Source: an uncultured Alphaproteobacteria bacterium (GTDB lineage: Bacteria > Pseudomonadota > Alphaproteobacteria > HIMB59 > GCA-002718135). From it: 64,000 nt of DNA. The notes under the pieces were generated by a model that saw only the letters and a list, made by a program, of their open reading frames with translations, did not search any database and was not told where the DNA came from. Every line of letters begins with the position of its first letter. Position 1 is the stretch's first letter. Of the stretch, positions 10,534-21,070 are shown piece by piece. Where the stretch lies: assembly GCA_902521315.1 (NCBI GenBank), contig CABYRH010000008.1, positions 18,066 to 82,065 on the forward strand. The letters run 5' to 3'. The position numbers and the translations under genes are program-made.

Positions 10534-13307
10534 TGGAATATAAAGATACAATTTTTCTTCCCAAAACATCTTTTGAAATGAGAGCTAACCTTCCAGCAAA
10601 GGAACCTGCAATAATAGAGCAGTGGGATAAAGAAAATATTTTTAAAAAGCTAAGAGATAAATCTAAAGGTAGAGAAAAATTTGTTCTTCATGATGGTCCG
10701 CCATACGCAAACGGACATATTCATATGGGAACTGCTCTTAATAAAATTTTAAAAGACGTTATTGTGCGAACACAACAAATGGCTGGTAAAGACTCTATCT
10801 ATGTTCCTGGTTGGGATTGTCACGGTTTACCAATTGAATGGAAAATAGAAGAAGAATATAGAAAAAAAGGAAAGAACAAGGATGATGTTCCAACTGTTCA
10901 ATTTAGAAATGAGTGTAGAGAGTTTGCAGAAAAATGGATCGAGATACAAAAAAAAGAATTTAGACGACTTGGTGTTGAAGGGGATTGGGAAAATCCATAC
11001 CTCACAATGTCAAATCAAGCAGAAGCACAAATTGTTCGTGAGCTTGGAAAATTCTTGCTTGATGAAAGTTTGTATAAAGGAGCAAAACCAGTTCTCTGGT
11101 CCGTTGTAGAAAAGACAGCTTTAGCTGATGCTGAAGTTGAATATGAAGATCATACGTCCAACACTATATACGTTAAATTTTTAATTAAAAATTCTACTGA
11201 TAAAGATTTAATTGACTCAAATATTGTTATTTGGACCACAACTCCTTGGACGATTCCAGGAAATAGAGCTTTGGCTTATGGTAAAGAATTAGATTATTCA
11301 CTTATTGTTGTTGAAGAATTAGAAGAAGATAGTTTAGTCAAAGAAAATGATAGATTAATATTTGCTTCAGAACTTTTAGAAAGTGTAACTAAAGAAATTG
11401 GAATAAAAAAATTTAGTACAAAAAAGAAATTTAAAGGAGATAATTTATCTTCTTGCGAATGTGAGCATCCATTTAAACAATTGGGATACGATTTTATTGT
11501 AAAACCATTTCATGGGGATTTTGTAAACTTAGAACAGGGTACAGGAGTTGTACATATAGCTCCTGGACATGGAGATGACGACTATGTTTTAGGGATAGAA
11601 AATAATGTTGATATAATACAGACTGTTCAAGATGATGGTAAATATAATCAACATGCTGTTGGTTTTGAAGGTGAACATATTTATAAAGTAGATCACAAAA
11701 TCGCAGATAAATTAGAAGAATTTTCAAAATTATTATTTAAAGGAACGCTTCGTCATAGCTACCCTCATTCATGGAGGTCTAAAGCTCCTCTTATTTATAG
11801 AAATACACCACAATGGTTCATTTCCATGGAAAAAAATAATTTAAGAGACATTGCTCTTAAATCAATTGATGAAACTATTTTCTACCCTCCTCAAGGCCAA
11901 ACAAGGCTTAGATCAATGATTGAAACTAGACCAGATTGGTGTGTATCTAGACAAAGAGTGTGGGGTGTACCTTTACCATTATTTGTAAATAAAAAAACGG
12001 GTCAACCTTTAAGAGATGAAAATATTATCAATAGAATAGCAGACATATATGAAAAAGAAGGAAGCAATACGTGGTTTACTGAAGATCCACAAAGGTTTTT
12101 AGGGGATGAATATTCACTTGAAGATTATGAACAGGTTAAAGATGTAGTTGAAGTATGGTTTGATAGTGGTTCTACACATGCTTTTTGTCTAGAACAAAGA
12201 GAAGATTTGAAATGGCCTGCATCGATGTACTTAGAAGGAAGTGATCAACACAGAGGGTGGTTTCATTCATCTCTTTTAGAATCTTCTGGCACAAGAGGTA
12301 AAGCTCCTTATGAAAGTGTTCTGACACACGGGTTTGTTGTTGATGGAAAAGGACGTAAAATGTCTAAATCTTTAGGTAATGTTATTTCTCCAGATGATAT
12401 ATTAAAAAAATATGGAGTAGATATTTTAAGATTGTGGGTTGTCGCATCTGATTATTATGATGATCTGAAGCTTGATAATGCTATCCTCCAATCACAAGCT
12501 GAGTCTTATAGAAGAATAAGAAATACCTTTCGTTTTTTAATTGGCAATTTAAATGATTTTACTAATGAGGAAGCTATTGATGAGAGCGAGTTTCCAGAGT
12601 TAGAAAAATATCTACTTCATCGTTTGTGGGAAGTTGATCAAGTTGTTCAAAAATGCGTATCAACATTTAACTTTCACTTGATGTTTACAACACTTTTAAA
12701 TTTTTGTTCTAATGATCTTTCTGCTTTTTACTTTGATATAAGAAAAGATACCATCTACTGTGATAGTAAAAATTCGATTAAGAGGCGATCTACAAGAACA
12801 CTTTTAAATATAATATTTAATCATTTAGTTAGGTGGTTTGCACCTTCTATTTCTTTCACTTCTGAAGAAGCATGGAAAGCCATAGGAAATACTGAAAGTA
12901 TACATCTTCAAGACTTCTTAATTTGTAATAAAGAATACCAAAACAATCAATTAAATGAAAAATGGAATCTAATTAAAAATATTAGAAAAGTTGCTACTGG
13001 AGCAATTGAGAAAATTAGAGAAGAAAAAATTATACGTTCAAGTTTAGAAGCTCATTTGGATATTTATATTTCTAAGGAAAGTTATGATAAAGTTAATGAA
13101 GTTATGTTTGATGAAATTGCTATTACTTCATCATTTAAATTGCATATACTTGATAAAAATAGCCATGGTTTTTCAATAGACGATATTAAAAATGTAAAAG
13201 TGCAAGTTTCTAAGGTGAGTGGTCAAAAATGTCAAAGATGTTGGAAATATGAAAAGGAATTAATAAAAAATGAAATTTGCAATCGTTGTAATGATGCAAT
13301 AAGTTAA
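10533..13307 (+). CDS. ileS: Isoleucine--tRNA ligase
   Basis: DGPPYANGHIHMGT (HIGH), KMSKS, C-terminal Zn finger CQRCW...CNRC. Confidence 0.98.
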   Translation: MEYKDTIFLPKTSFEMRANLPAKEPAIIEQWDKENIFKKLRDKSKGREKFVLHDGPPYANGHIHMGTALNKILKDVIVRTQQMAGKDSIYVPGWDCHGLPIEWKIEEEYRKKGKNKDDVPTVQFRNECREFAEKWIEIQKKEFRRLGVEGDWENPYLTMSNQAEAQIVRELGKFLLDESLYKGAKPVLWSVVEKTALADAEVEYEDHTSNTIYVKFLIKNSTDKDLIDSNIVIWTTTPWTIPGNRALAYGKELDYSLIVVEELEEDSLVKENDRLIFASELLESVTKEIGIKKFSTKKKFKGDNLSSCECEHPFKQLGYDFIVKPFHGDFVNLEQGTGVVHIAPGHGDDDYVLGIENNVDIIQTVQDDGKYNQHAVGFEGEHIYKVDHKIADKLEEFSKLLFKGTLRHSYPHSWRSKAPLIYRNTPQWFISMEKNNLRDIALKSIDETIFYPPQGQTRLRSMIETRPDWCVSRQRVWGVPLPLFVNKKTGQPLRDENIINRIADIYEKEGSNTWFTEDPQRFLGDEYSLEDYEQVKDVVEVWFDSGSTHAFCLEQREDLKWPASMYLEGSDQHRGWFHSSLLESSGTRGKAPYESVLTHGFVVDGKGRKMSKSLGNVISPDDILKKYGVDILRLWVVASDYYDDLKLDNAILQSQAESYRRIRNTFRFLIGNLNDFTNEEAIDESEFPELEKYLLHRLWEVDQVVQKCVSTFNFHLMFTTLLNFCSNDLSAFYFDIRKDTIYCDSKNSIKRRSTRTLLNIIFNHLVRWFAPSISFTSEEAWKAIGNTESIHLQDFLICNKEYQNNQLNEKWNLIKNIRKVATGAIEKIREEKIIRSSLEAHLDIYISKESYDKVNEVMFDEIAITSSFKLHILDKNSHGFSIDDIKNVKVQVSKVSGQKCQRCWKYEKELIKNEICNRCNDAIS

Positions 13308-13760
13308 GTGACTAAGATAGCTATACTAGTATCATTAATTTTTTTTGATCTACTAACTAAGTATTTAATTCAAGATAATTTGTTTTTAAATCAATCAATA
13401 AAAATCAATGAATATTTTGATTTAGTTTATGTTCAGAACTTTGGTGTTTCTTTTGGTTTATTTTCTGGTTATGTTTCTCATTGGTTATTAATATTTATAG
13501 CCTTAATAGTTGTTATATTAATTTTTTATTTATTTATTAAATCAGATAAACAACTTGAAAAACTGGCTTATTTCTTTGTCATAATTGGGGCTTTATCAAA
13601 TATTATTGATAGATTGATAAATAGTTATGTTGTTGACTTTATCTTACTACATTATGAAAATTTTTATTGGCCAGCATTTAATCTAGCAGATATCTATATT
13701 ACAATTGGAATTATCATGTTAATAATGAGTTTTTTTATAAAATCAAAAACAGTAAAATGA
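13308..13760 (+). CDS. lspA: Lipoprotein signal peptidase II
   Basis: NFGVSFG, GALSNIIDR, VVDF, AFNLAD. Confidence 0.96.
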   Translation: MTKIAILVSLIFFDLLTKYLIQDNLFLNQSIKINEYFDLVYVQNFGVSFGLFSGYVSHWLLIFIALIVVILIFYLFIKSDKQLEKLAYFFVIIGALSNIIDRLINSYVVDFILLHYENFYWPAFNLADIYITIGIIMLIMSFFIKSKTVK

Positions 13761-14257
13761 AAAAAGTTATTTGTGTAACAATCATTTCATCAATTTTTCT
13801 ATTTTCTTGTAATACTATTCGAAGTAGTGCAGGTGTAGAAAGAAAAGTAATAGATGAATATAATGTAGTTGAAAATCCTCCATTAGTAATTCCACCAAAT
13901 TTTAATTTACTACCACCCGATCAAATTGAATCAAAAGATATTGATGATACCGACAGTGAGCTTGCAAAGGAAATTCTTTTTGGCCTGGATGAAGAAAGTG
14001 ATGAAACACCTTCTGAAAATTCTGTTATAGACAATATTTTAAAAGAAACTGAAGCAGATCAAGTAGATAATAGTATCAGAGAAGATCTTGATGGGAACTC
14101 AGAAGATGAAATAAGTCAAGATATTACAGATGTTGAAAATGAAAATATAGAAGAGCCAAAAAAGAAGAAAAGATTTTTCTTTTTCAGCAGTAAAGAAGAA
14201 AATGAAGATGGCGAAGAAGGTGAACCTAAAAAGAAAAAAAGATTTTTCTTCTTTTAA
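13757..14257 (+). CDS. DUF3035-like lipoprotein with acidic tail
   Basis: Lipobox LFSC, DEY.V..NPPLVIPPNF.L.PP motif; position after lspA as in other alphaproteobacteria. Confidence 0.7.
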   Translation: MKKVICVTIISSIFLFSCNTIRSSAGVERKVIDEYNVVENPPLVIPPNFNLLPPDQIESKDIDDTDSELAKEILFGLDEESDETPSENSVIDNILKETEADQVDNSIREDLDGNSEDEISQDITDVENENIEEPKKKKRFFFFSSKEENEDGEEGEPKKKKRFFFF

Positions 14258-14265
14258 TTTTATAA

Positions 14266-15465
14266 ATGGAAATAAAATACTTTAATTCAAATTTTGACAA
14301 AATCACTCAAAATAAAGATACTGATCAAAGTATAACTAATGTAATAGAAAAACTTCCTTCTCTTAATATTATTTCAGATAAAAATTTATTAGAAGAAACT
14401 ATAAAAATTTCAAATCAATTTAAAGAGAAAAAGGAAAAAATAATTGTATTTGGAACAGGAGGTTCAAATTTAGGAGCTAGAGCATTAAATAATATTATTT
14501 TAAATAATAAAATTATCTTAGAATTTTATGATAATGTTGATCCTACTAATTTTGAAAAAAATTTTCAAAATATTAATTTTGAACTAACTGGCTTCTTAGT
14601 TATTTCAAAATCGGGTACTACACCAGAGACATTATCTCAATTTTCATGTCTCTACCAAAAGGCAATAGAAGCTAACAAAGTTGAAGATTTTTTTTCAAAT
14701 ACTCTAATCATAACTGAATTTAAAGAATCACCACTTTTTAAAATTGCTAAAGATAATAATTGTTTACTATTAGAGCATCATAAAGATGTTGGAGGTAGAT
14801 ATTCTATATTTACCAATGTTGGTATAGTTCCTGCAATCATTTCTGGATTAAATATAGATGCACTTTTTGGCGGAGCATCTGAAGTAATTAATAATATTGA
14901 TAATTACAAACCGTACGATCTTGGAAGATATTTAACTCAAAAAGAAAATGTAAAATTTACTAATAATGTTTTAATGACATATTCTGATTCACTTTATTTT
15001 TTTGGAAAATGGTATCTGCAACTTTGGGCAGAAAGTATTGGAAAAAATAATAAAGGTATTACAGCAATTCATTCAGTAGGGACCACTGATCAGCATAGTC
15101 AATTACAACTGTATTTAGATGGACCTAAAGATAAATATTTCACCTTTATCACTACAGATCATTCAAATAAGGGCATAAAAATTAATAATAATATGTTTGA
15201 AAATACCGATATTGACTATTTTAAAGATAAAACAATGGGAGATCTAATGGAAGCTGAACAGCGCGCAACCATTGAAACTTTTAAATTAAATAATTTTAGT
15301 TTTAGAGAAATCTATATTCCTAAAATAGATGAACAAAACTTAGGTAAATTATTATCGTTTAGTATAATAGAAACAATTGCTTCCTGTATGTATTTAGATG
15401 TTGATCCCTTCGATCAACCTGCTGTTGAACAGGGTAAAAAACTAACTAAAACTTATTTAAGATAA
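14266..15465 (+). CDS. pgi: Glucose-6-phosphate isomerase (short type)
   Basis: GTGGSNLG, SKSGTTPET, VGGRYS, QLWAESIGK, DQHSQLQ, PFDQPAVEQGK. Confidence 0.93.
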   Translation: MEIKYFNSNFDKITQNKDTDQSITNVIEKLPSLNIISDKNLLEETIKISNQFKEKKEKIIVFGTGGSNLGARALNNIILNNKIILEFYDNVDPTNFEKNFQNINFELTGFLVISKSGTTPETLSQFSCLYQKAIEANKVEDFFSNTLIITEFKESPLFKIAKDNNCLLLEHHKDVGGRYSIFTNVGIVPAIISGLNIDALFGGASEVINNIDNYKPYDLGRYLTQKENVKFTNNVLMTYSDSLYFFGKWYLQLWAESIGKNNKGITAIHSVGTTDQHSQLQLYLDGPKDKYFTFITTDHSNKGIKINNNMFENTDIDYFKDKTMGDLMEAEQRATIETFKLNNFSFREIYIPKIDEQNLGKLLSFSIIETIASCMYLDVDPFDQPAVEQGKKLTKTYLR

Positions 15466-16017
15466 TTTAAAAATATAAATTATTGTTTTACCGTAAGTCT
15501 TTTTTTGAAGCAGATTTAAATTTTCTGGAATTACAATATTATCTTTCACACCCGTTTCTAAACCAATGACGGTAGTATTTTTAATGTTATTAGATAAATT
15601 CTCTAAAAGCTTTGTTAAATTATACTTTGCATATGGTGGATCAATATAAACAACTGAAATATTTTTAAATTCTATTTCTAATTTAGAATGAATAAGGTCT
15701 TCTTCATAAATTTTAAATTGATTATTTTTACAAATACTTAAACAATTTTTTCTTAAAATTTTAAGAACTTCAATATTATTCTCAATAAAAATTACTTCAC
15801 TCATTCCTCTAGAAATTGCTTCTAAACCCATTGTGCCAATACCTGCGAAAAGATCTAAAAAAATTTTATTTTTATATAATTCGATAGAATTTTTGATTGC
15901 ATAACTTTCAATAATTGAAAAAAAAGCTTCTCTTTTTAGAGAAGAAGTTGGTCTTACAAAATCATTAATACTAGCTAATTTTTTTTGCTTAAACTTTCCC
16001 CCAGTAATCCGTATCAT
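15457..16017 (-). CDS. rsmD: 16S rRNA m2G966 methyltransferase
   Basis: RITGG...RPT, LDLFAGIG, DPPY. Confidence 0.9.
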   Translation of the reverse strand: MIRITGGKFKQKKLASINDFVRPTSSLKREAFFSIIESYAIKNSIELYKNKIFLDLFAGIGTMGLEAISRGMSEVIFIENNIEVLKILRKNCLSICKNNQFKIYEEDLIHSKLEIEFKNISVVYIDPPYAKYNLTKLLENLSNNIKNTTVIGLETGVKDNIVIPENLNLLQKKTYGKTIIYIFKLS

Positions 16018-16706
16018 TTGCTAATTGAATTTAATTTTTGAAATTGCCCTTCTTTAAGTCTTCCAAGCTTATAAGGTCCATATCCAATTCTTATTAATTT
16101 AACTATATTCCATGAAAAATAATTACAGATATTTCTAATTTCTCTATTTTTTCCCTCTTTAAGTTTAAAAATTAACCAACTATGATTTTTTAATTTTTTT
16201 TCAAAGGCAACTTTAATTTTTTTATAATTTATTTCTTTAATTGTAATGCCTTTATTTATTTTTTGTAAATCAGTTTTTTGTACATTGCTATTTATACAAA
16301 CTCTATAGACCCGCTCAATGTTTGAAGATGGATGTTCTAAATATCTTGAATAATCACCATTATTAGTTAGTAAAATTAATCCTTCACTCATGTAATCTAA
16401 TCTTCCAACACTTATCAATTGACCAATATTTTTTGGTAATAAATCAAAAATTTTTTTTCTACCTAAATTATCTTTTGTACTACAAATATATTTAATTGGT
16501 TTGTATAACTTCCATAATTCAACTTTATTTATTTTTTTAATAATTTTATTATTAACTTTAATAACATCCAAATCACTTACTTTATGACTTGGATGAACAC
16601 ATAGTTGATTATTAATTTTAATTTTTTTTTCAACTATTAATTTTTCTGCATCTCTTCGTGAACAAATTCCAGCACTGGATAGATATTTTGAAATTCTAAT
16701 ATTCAC
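16014..16706 (-). CDS. RsuA/RluB-family rRNA pseudouridine synthase
   Basis: S4 domain (CSRRDAE), GRLDYMSEGL, EGKNREIR. Confidence 0.9.
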   Translation of the reverse strand: MNIRISKYLSSAGICSRRDAEKLIVEKKIKINNQLCVHPSHKVSDLDVIKVNNKIIKKINKVELWKLYKPIKYICSTKDNLGRKKIFDLLPKNIGQLISVGRLDYMSEGLILLTNNGDYSRYLEHPSSNIERVYRVCINSNVQKTDLQKINKGITIKEINYKKIKVAFEKKLKNHSWLIFKLKEGKNREIRNICNYFSWNIVKLIRIGYGPYKLGRLKEGQFQKLNSISK

Positions 16707-17401
16707 TTTGCTTCATTAATAAAATTTTTGATTATTTTTATATCATATTTTGTAATTAAAAATTCAGGATGCCATTGTAAGCCAATACACCATTTGTGTT
16801 TTTTGTGTTCTATTCCCTCAATAACACCATCATTAGCTACACATGAAACATTCAAGTCTTTACCAATTTTTTTTACTGACTGATGATGTGCACTATTAAC
16901 TTTAATTTTTTGAGACCCACATATTTTATGTAGTTGAGTATTTTTTGAAATATTAACAATATGACTAGTTTGATTTCTTGGATTTACTTGTTCATGGTTT
17001 ATTGGATCTCTTTTTAAATCTTGTATTAATGTTCCACCACATGCAACATTAATAAGTTGCGCACCACCACAAATTCCTAATATAGGTTTGTTATATTTAA
17101 AAAATTTATTGAAAATATTTAATTCAAAATTCGTTCTCTTATTTTTAATATTTTTAGATTGAGTATTACTTGTTTTATATAATTTAGGGTGAATATCAAA
17201 ATCTCCTCCAGTAATAATTAAACCATCAATTAAATGACAAAAATCATCAATATATTTTTTTTCGTGCAACAAAGGAAATGGAATAGCATTAAATTTTGTT
17301 AAGGAAGTTAAGTAATTTTCCCTTAGCGCATACCATGGAAATTTTGAGTATGTTTTCTTTTTTTCACTATCAAGAGTTATTCCAATAATTGGTTTTTTCA
17401 T
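16703..17401 (-). CDS. Peptidase C26 / gamma-glutamyl-GABA hydrolase-like glutamine amidotransferase
   Basis: GICGGAQ, VNSAHHQ, QWHPE. Confidence 0.88.
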   Translation of the reverse strand: MKKPIIGITLDSEKKKTYSKFPWYALRENYLTSLTKFNAIPFPLLHEKKYIDDFCHLIDGLIITGGDFDIHPKLYKTSNTQSKNIKNKRTNFELNIFNKFFKYNKPILGICGGAQLINVACGGTLIQDLKRDPINHEQVNPRNQTSHIVNISKNTQLHKICGSQKIKVNSAHHQSVKKIGKDLNVSCVANDGVIEGIEHKKHKWCIGLQWHPEFLITKYDIKIIKNFINEAK

Positions 17402-17441
17402 TATAATTCAACTATAATGTACATCATAAGTGTGTTCCAGA

Positions 17442-17897
17442 ATGAACGTTGATTTTTTTATGAAAGAAGCAATTATCGAAGCAGACAAAGCTTATAATTT
17501 AAATGAGGTTCCAGTTGGAGGAATACTTGTCGATAACACAACGAACAAGATTGTAGCCAGAAGTTACAATACAGTAAATAAAGATAAAAATGCTATTAAA
17601 CATTGTGAATTAAATCTAATCCAAGAAACTTGCGAAAGACTAAAGCTAAAATATTTAGAGAATATGACATTATTTGTTACCTTGGAACCATGCACTATGT
17701 GTGCTAGTGCAATAAGTGAGGTACATATTAAAGATGTATATTTTGGTGCATATGATGATAAAAATGGAGGAATTGAAAAACTCCGAGTTGCTTTTCAAAG
17801 ACAAAACATATTTATGCCAACTATTTATGGTGGCATTATGGAAAAAGAATGTAGTAGTTTACTAAAAAAATTTTTTAAAAATAAAAGTGATAGATAA
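17442..17897 (+). CDS. tadA: tRNA adenosine deaminase
   Basis: EVPVG, HCE, TLEPCTMC; ATG 17442 preferred over GTG 17430. Confidence 0.85.
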   Translation: MNVDFFMKEAIIEADKAYNLNEVPVGGILVDNTTNKIVARSYNTVNKDKNAIKHCELNLIQETCERLKLKYLENMTLFVTLEPCTMCASAISEVHIKDVYFGAYDDKNGGIEKLRVAFQRQNIFMPTIYGGIMEKECSSLLKKFFKNKSDR

Positions 17898-19218
17898 AAT
17901 TAATATACCAGAATTTGAGGTTTCAGAATTTAATCAAGCGTTTAAAGAAGTAATTGAGTCCAATTTTAATTATGTAAGAATTAAAGGAGAAATTTCCGAA
18001 GTTAAAACTGCAACAAGAGGTCAAATCTATTTAACACTTAAAGACGAGGATTCTATTTTAAGTGGAGTTATCTGGGATCAGAAAAAAAAATATTTAGATA
18101 TAAATCCAGAAATAGGACTAGAAATAATAGCAACTGGCAGAATCACCACTTGGTCTCGCTATAAAACTACTTACCAAATTGATATTGATAAAATTGAAAT
18201 TGCAGGAGAGGGAGCACTTTTAAAACTTATTGAAGAAAGAAAAAAAAGACTTCAAAAAAAAGGCTATTTTGATGAAGATAAAAAAATCCCATTACCTTTT
18301 TTGCCTGATAGATTAGGTATAATTACCTCTCCCACTGGCTCTGTAGTACATGACATAATTAATAGGGTGAATGATCGTTTTCCTATGCCATTAGATATAT
18401 GGCCTGTTTCTGTTCAGGGTGTTGACGCAGCAGATAGCATTATAAATGCTATCGAAGGTTTCAATAAACTTAAATCTAGTAAACCAGATATTCTTATTGT
18501 TGCTAGAGGTGGAGGTAGCACTGAAGACTTAATGGCATTTAATGATGAAAATCTTGCAACAAGTGTTTTTGAATCAAAGATACCAATTATTTCAGCAATA
18601 GGTCATGAAACAGATACAACAATTATTGATTTAGTATCAGATTTAAGAGCGTCTACACCAACTGCGGCAGCAGAAAAAGCTACCCCAGTTAGATTTGAAT
18701 TATTAGAAAAAATTAAAAATTTACAACTTAGATTAAACACCAAAGTAAATTCACAAATTCAAACCAAAAAAGAAAATTATGAATATTTAAATAAATTTCT
18801 CAAATCTCCAAGCTTGATAGTTAATAATTATAAGGAGAAGCTTTTAGATGATTTTAAAAATTTAACATTATCAATTGAAAATAAATTTAGTATAAAAAAA
18901 TTAAATCTTCTTAACCTGGGAAAATCTATTATTTCACCAGATTCATCAATTAACTTAAAACAAATAAAGATTAACAATCTTTCAAAAAATCTTAATTTGA
19001 ATATAGCCAATAATTATAAAGATAAGTTTGAAAAATATAAGTCTAATATAAGATTGCTCAATTCCAATTCTATTTCTTCAAATCTTAAAAAAGGATACTC
19101 AATTTTGATGGATAAAAAGAAAATTATTAAGACAAGTAAAAAAATTACTACTGATGATCAATTATCAGTTAAACTTATTGATGGTATAATTGATATAAAA
19201 GTAACAAAAATTAACTAA
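17887..19218 (+). CDS. xseA: Exodeoxyribonuclease VII large subunit
   Basis: ARGGGSTEDLMAFN, SAIGHETD, TPTAAAE. Confidence 0.96.
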   Translation: MIDKINIPEFEVSEFNQAFKEVIESNFNYVRIKGEISEVKTATRGQIYLTLKDEDSILSGVIWDQKKKYLDINPEIGLEIIATGRITTWSRYKTTYQIDIDKIEIAGEGALLKLIEERKKRLQKKGYFDEDKKIPLPFLPDRLGIITSPTGSVVHDIINRVNDRFPMPLDIWPVSVQGVDAADSIINAIEGFNKLKSSKPDILIVARGGGSTEDLMAFNDENLATSVFESKIPIISAIGHETDTTIIDLVSDLRASTPTAAAEKATPVRFELLEKIKNLQLRLNTKVNSQIQTKKENYEYLNKFLKSPSLIVNNYKEKLLDDFKNLTLSIENKFSIKKLNLLNLGKSIISPDSSINLKQIKINNLSKNLNLNIANNYKDKFEKYKSNIRLLNSNSISSNLKKGYSILMDKKKIIKTSKKITTDDQLSVKLIDGIIDIKVTKIN

Positions 19219-20074
19219 ATCTTTTATGCTGCCAGAACCATTGACTGGGTTCTTCTTTAATCCACTGTTCAATCTTATTATGAATTACTTCCATCATCTG
19301 AGTATCATTTATTTCTAAATTATTATGATAAAGTGGCTCTAAAAATGTTAGCTCAATATTTCCATTATCAATTCTTTTATTTTGTATTGGAATTATTGGT
19401 AAGTTATATTTTCTAGCTATTTTTAAAAAACCTGTTTGTGTTTTAACTTTTTTATTAAAAAACATTACTTCTTCTCCTGAGGAATCTTTTTGATCTATTA
19501 ATAATACAATTGATAAAGAATTATTTATTGCATCAACAATATCTTTGGCACTTTTCTTACCTTTAGGAGTATAAAAGCTACTTTTAGAAACAAGAGAATT
19601 TTGTCTAATATTAAGTATTACTTTATCAATAAAATTATTGTTTATATGCCGATAAATGCCACCAATATTAATTCCAATTCTATCTAAACCTGGAACTAAT
19701 ACTTCCCAATTAGATTGATGAATACTAATAAAAATTGCTTGTTTTTTATTTTTAGTAAAATCTTCTATATTTTCTAGATTGATATATTTTATTTTATTTT
19801 TAATAAAAATATCATTTATTCTTAGAAGTTCACAAATTGTAATTCCAAGATTATTCCAACTTTTTATAATAATATTCTGTATTTCTTCATCTTTAAGATT
19901 TGGAAAAACATACTTACAATTATTTATAGCTATTTTGTTGGCTCGCGAAAATTTTCCAAAAGTTCTAAATAAAAATGATGAAATTTTCAAAGATAGATTG
20001 AGTGGTAAAATCTTATAGAAAAAATAAATAAAAATAAATCCAATATACTGTAAAAAGTAAATTATCTTTTTCAT
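19211..20074 (-). CDS. Lipid A late acyltransferase (LpxL/HtrB family)
   Basis: HQSNWE, LIDQ, PSQWFWQHKRF. Confidence 0.88.
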   Translation of the reverse strand: MKKIIYFLQYIGFIFIYFFYKILPLNLSLKISSFLFRTFGKFSRANKIAINNCKYVFPNLKDEEIQNIIIKSWNNLGITICELLRINDIFIKNKIKYINLENIEDFTKNKKQAIFISIHQSNWEVLVPGLDRIGINIGGIYRHINNNFIDKVILNIRQNSLVSKSSFYTPKGKKSAKDIVDAINNSLSIVLLIDQKDSSGEEVMFFNKKVKTQTGFLKIARKYNLPIIPIQNKRIDNGNIELTFLEPLYHNNLEINDTQMMEVIHNKIEQWIKEEPSQWFWQHKRFS

Positions 20075-21069
20075 ATTGCTAAATCATTAATTTTATTTTC
20101 TAGTACATTACTTAAAATCTCTTTTAGTAAATTTTCATCTTCAAATTTGATCTCACCATTAAGTGTGCTGACCAAAGAACGATATGATTTTGGTATTCTT
20201 ACAAAATCTTTTTTTGTAGTGACTAATACAGATTTTGTAAGATTAGCATTTTCTGCAAGATTTAACATGTCATTTTCATCAAATATATGATGATCCGGAT
20301 AGCTAATTTTTTTTTCTAAAATAGCGCCTTGTTCACTTAGTGAATTATAAAATTTTTCAGGATAAGCAATGCCTGCAAAAGCTGTTACTTTTTGGTTTTT
20401 ATAAATTTTATTATCTGTACTAATTTGAAACTTCGCATGAATAACTGGAATAGTGCTAGGAATTTTATCTTTAACATCTTGAGCAATTTCACCAATTACA
20501 ATTACTAAATTTGCTCTAGAAATACCTCTTGATATGCTTTCCCTAAGAGGTCCAGAAGGAATAACTCGTTTATTTCCAAATCCTTGTTCACCATTAATTA
20601 CTATAATTGAAAAATCTTTCTGAAGAGTTGGATTTTGAAAGCCATCATCCATAATTATACAGTCAGCACCTTTTTCTTGAGCTAAAATAAAGGATTTATT
20701 TCTATCCTGACCAATCCAAGTTGGAGCAACTTCAGCTAGCAACAAGGATTCATCTCCAACACTTTTTGCCGAATGCCACTCTTTAACGAGAACATTAGAT
20801 GATTCAACTCCACCATAACCCCTTGAAACAAAGTGAGGATTGTATCCATTAAGTTTTAATAAATTTCCAATTTTTAATGCAACAGGTGTTTTACCAGCAC
20901 CTCCCACCACTATATTCCCAATACAAATTACAGGAATTCCAGAAGATTTTTTTCTACTAACAAAATTTCTAATTTTAGTTCCAAATCTAAATAGTAATGA
21001 GAGTGGATATAAGGAATTTGATAAGTATGTGTCATTTTTTTTATACCAAAATTTAGGAGCTTTAAGCAT
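20071..21069 (-). CDS. lpxK: Tetraacyldisaccharide 4'-kinase
   Basis: IGNIVVGGAGKTP, SRGYG, DDGFQ; start trimmed to MLKAPKFW at 21069. Confidence 0.94.
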   Translation of the reverse strand: MLKAPKFWYKKNDTYLSNSLYPLSLLFRFGTKIRNFVSRKKSSGIPVICIGNIVVGGAGKTPVALKIGNLLKLNGYNPHFVSRGYGGVESSNVLVKEWHSAKSVGDESLLLAEVAPTWIGQDRNKSFILAQEKGADCIIMDDGFQNPTLQKDFSIIVINGEQGFGNKRVIPSGPLRESISRGISRANLVIVIGEIAQDVKDKIPSTIPVIHAKFQISTDNKIYKNQKVTAFAGIAYPEKFYNSLSEQGAILEKKISYPDHHIFDENDMLNLAENANLTKSVLVTTKKDFVRIPKSYRSLVSTLNGEIKFEDENLLKEILSNVLENKINDLAI

Positions 21070-21070
21070 T

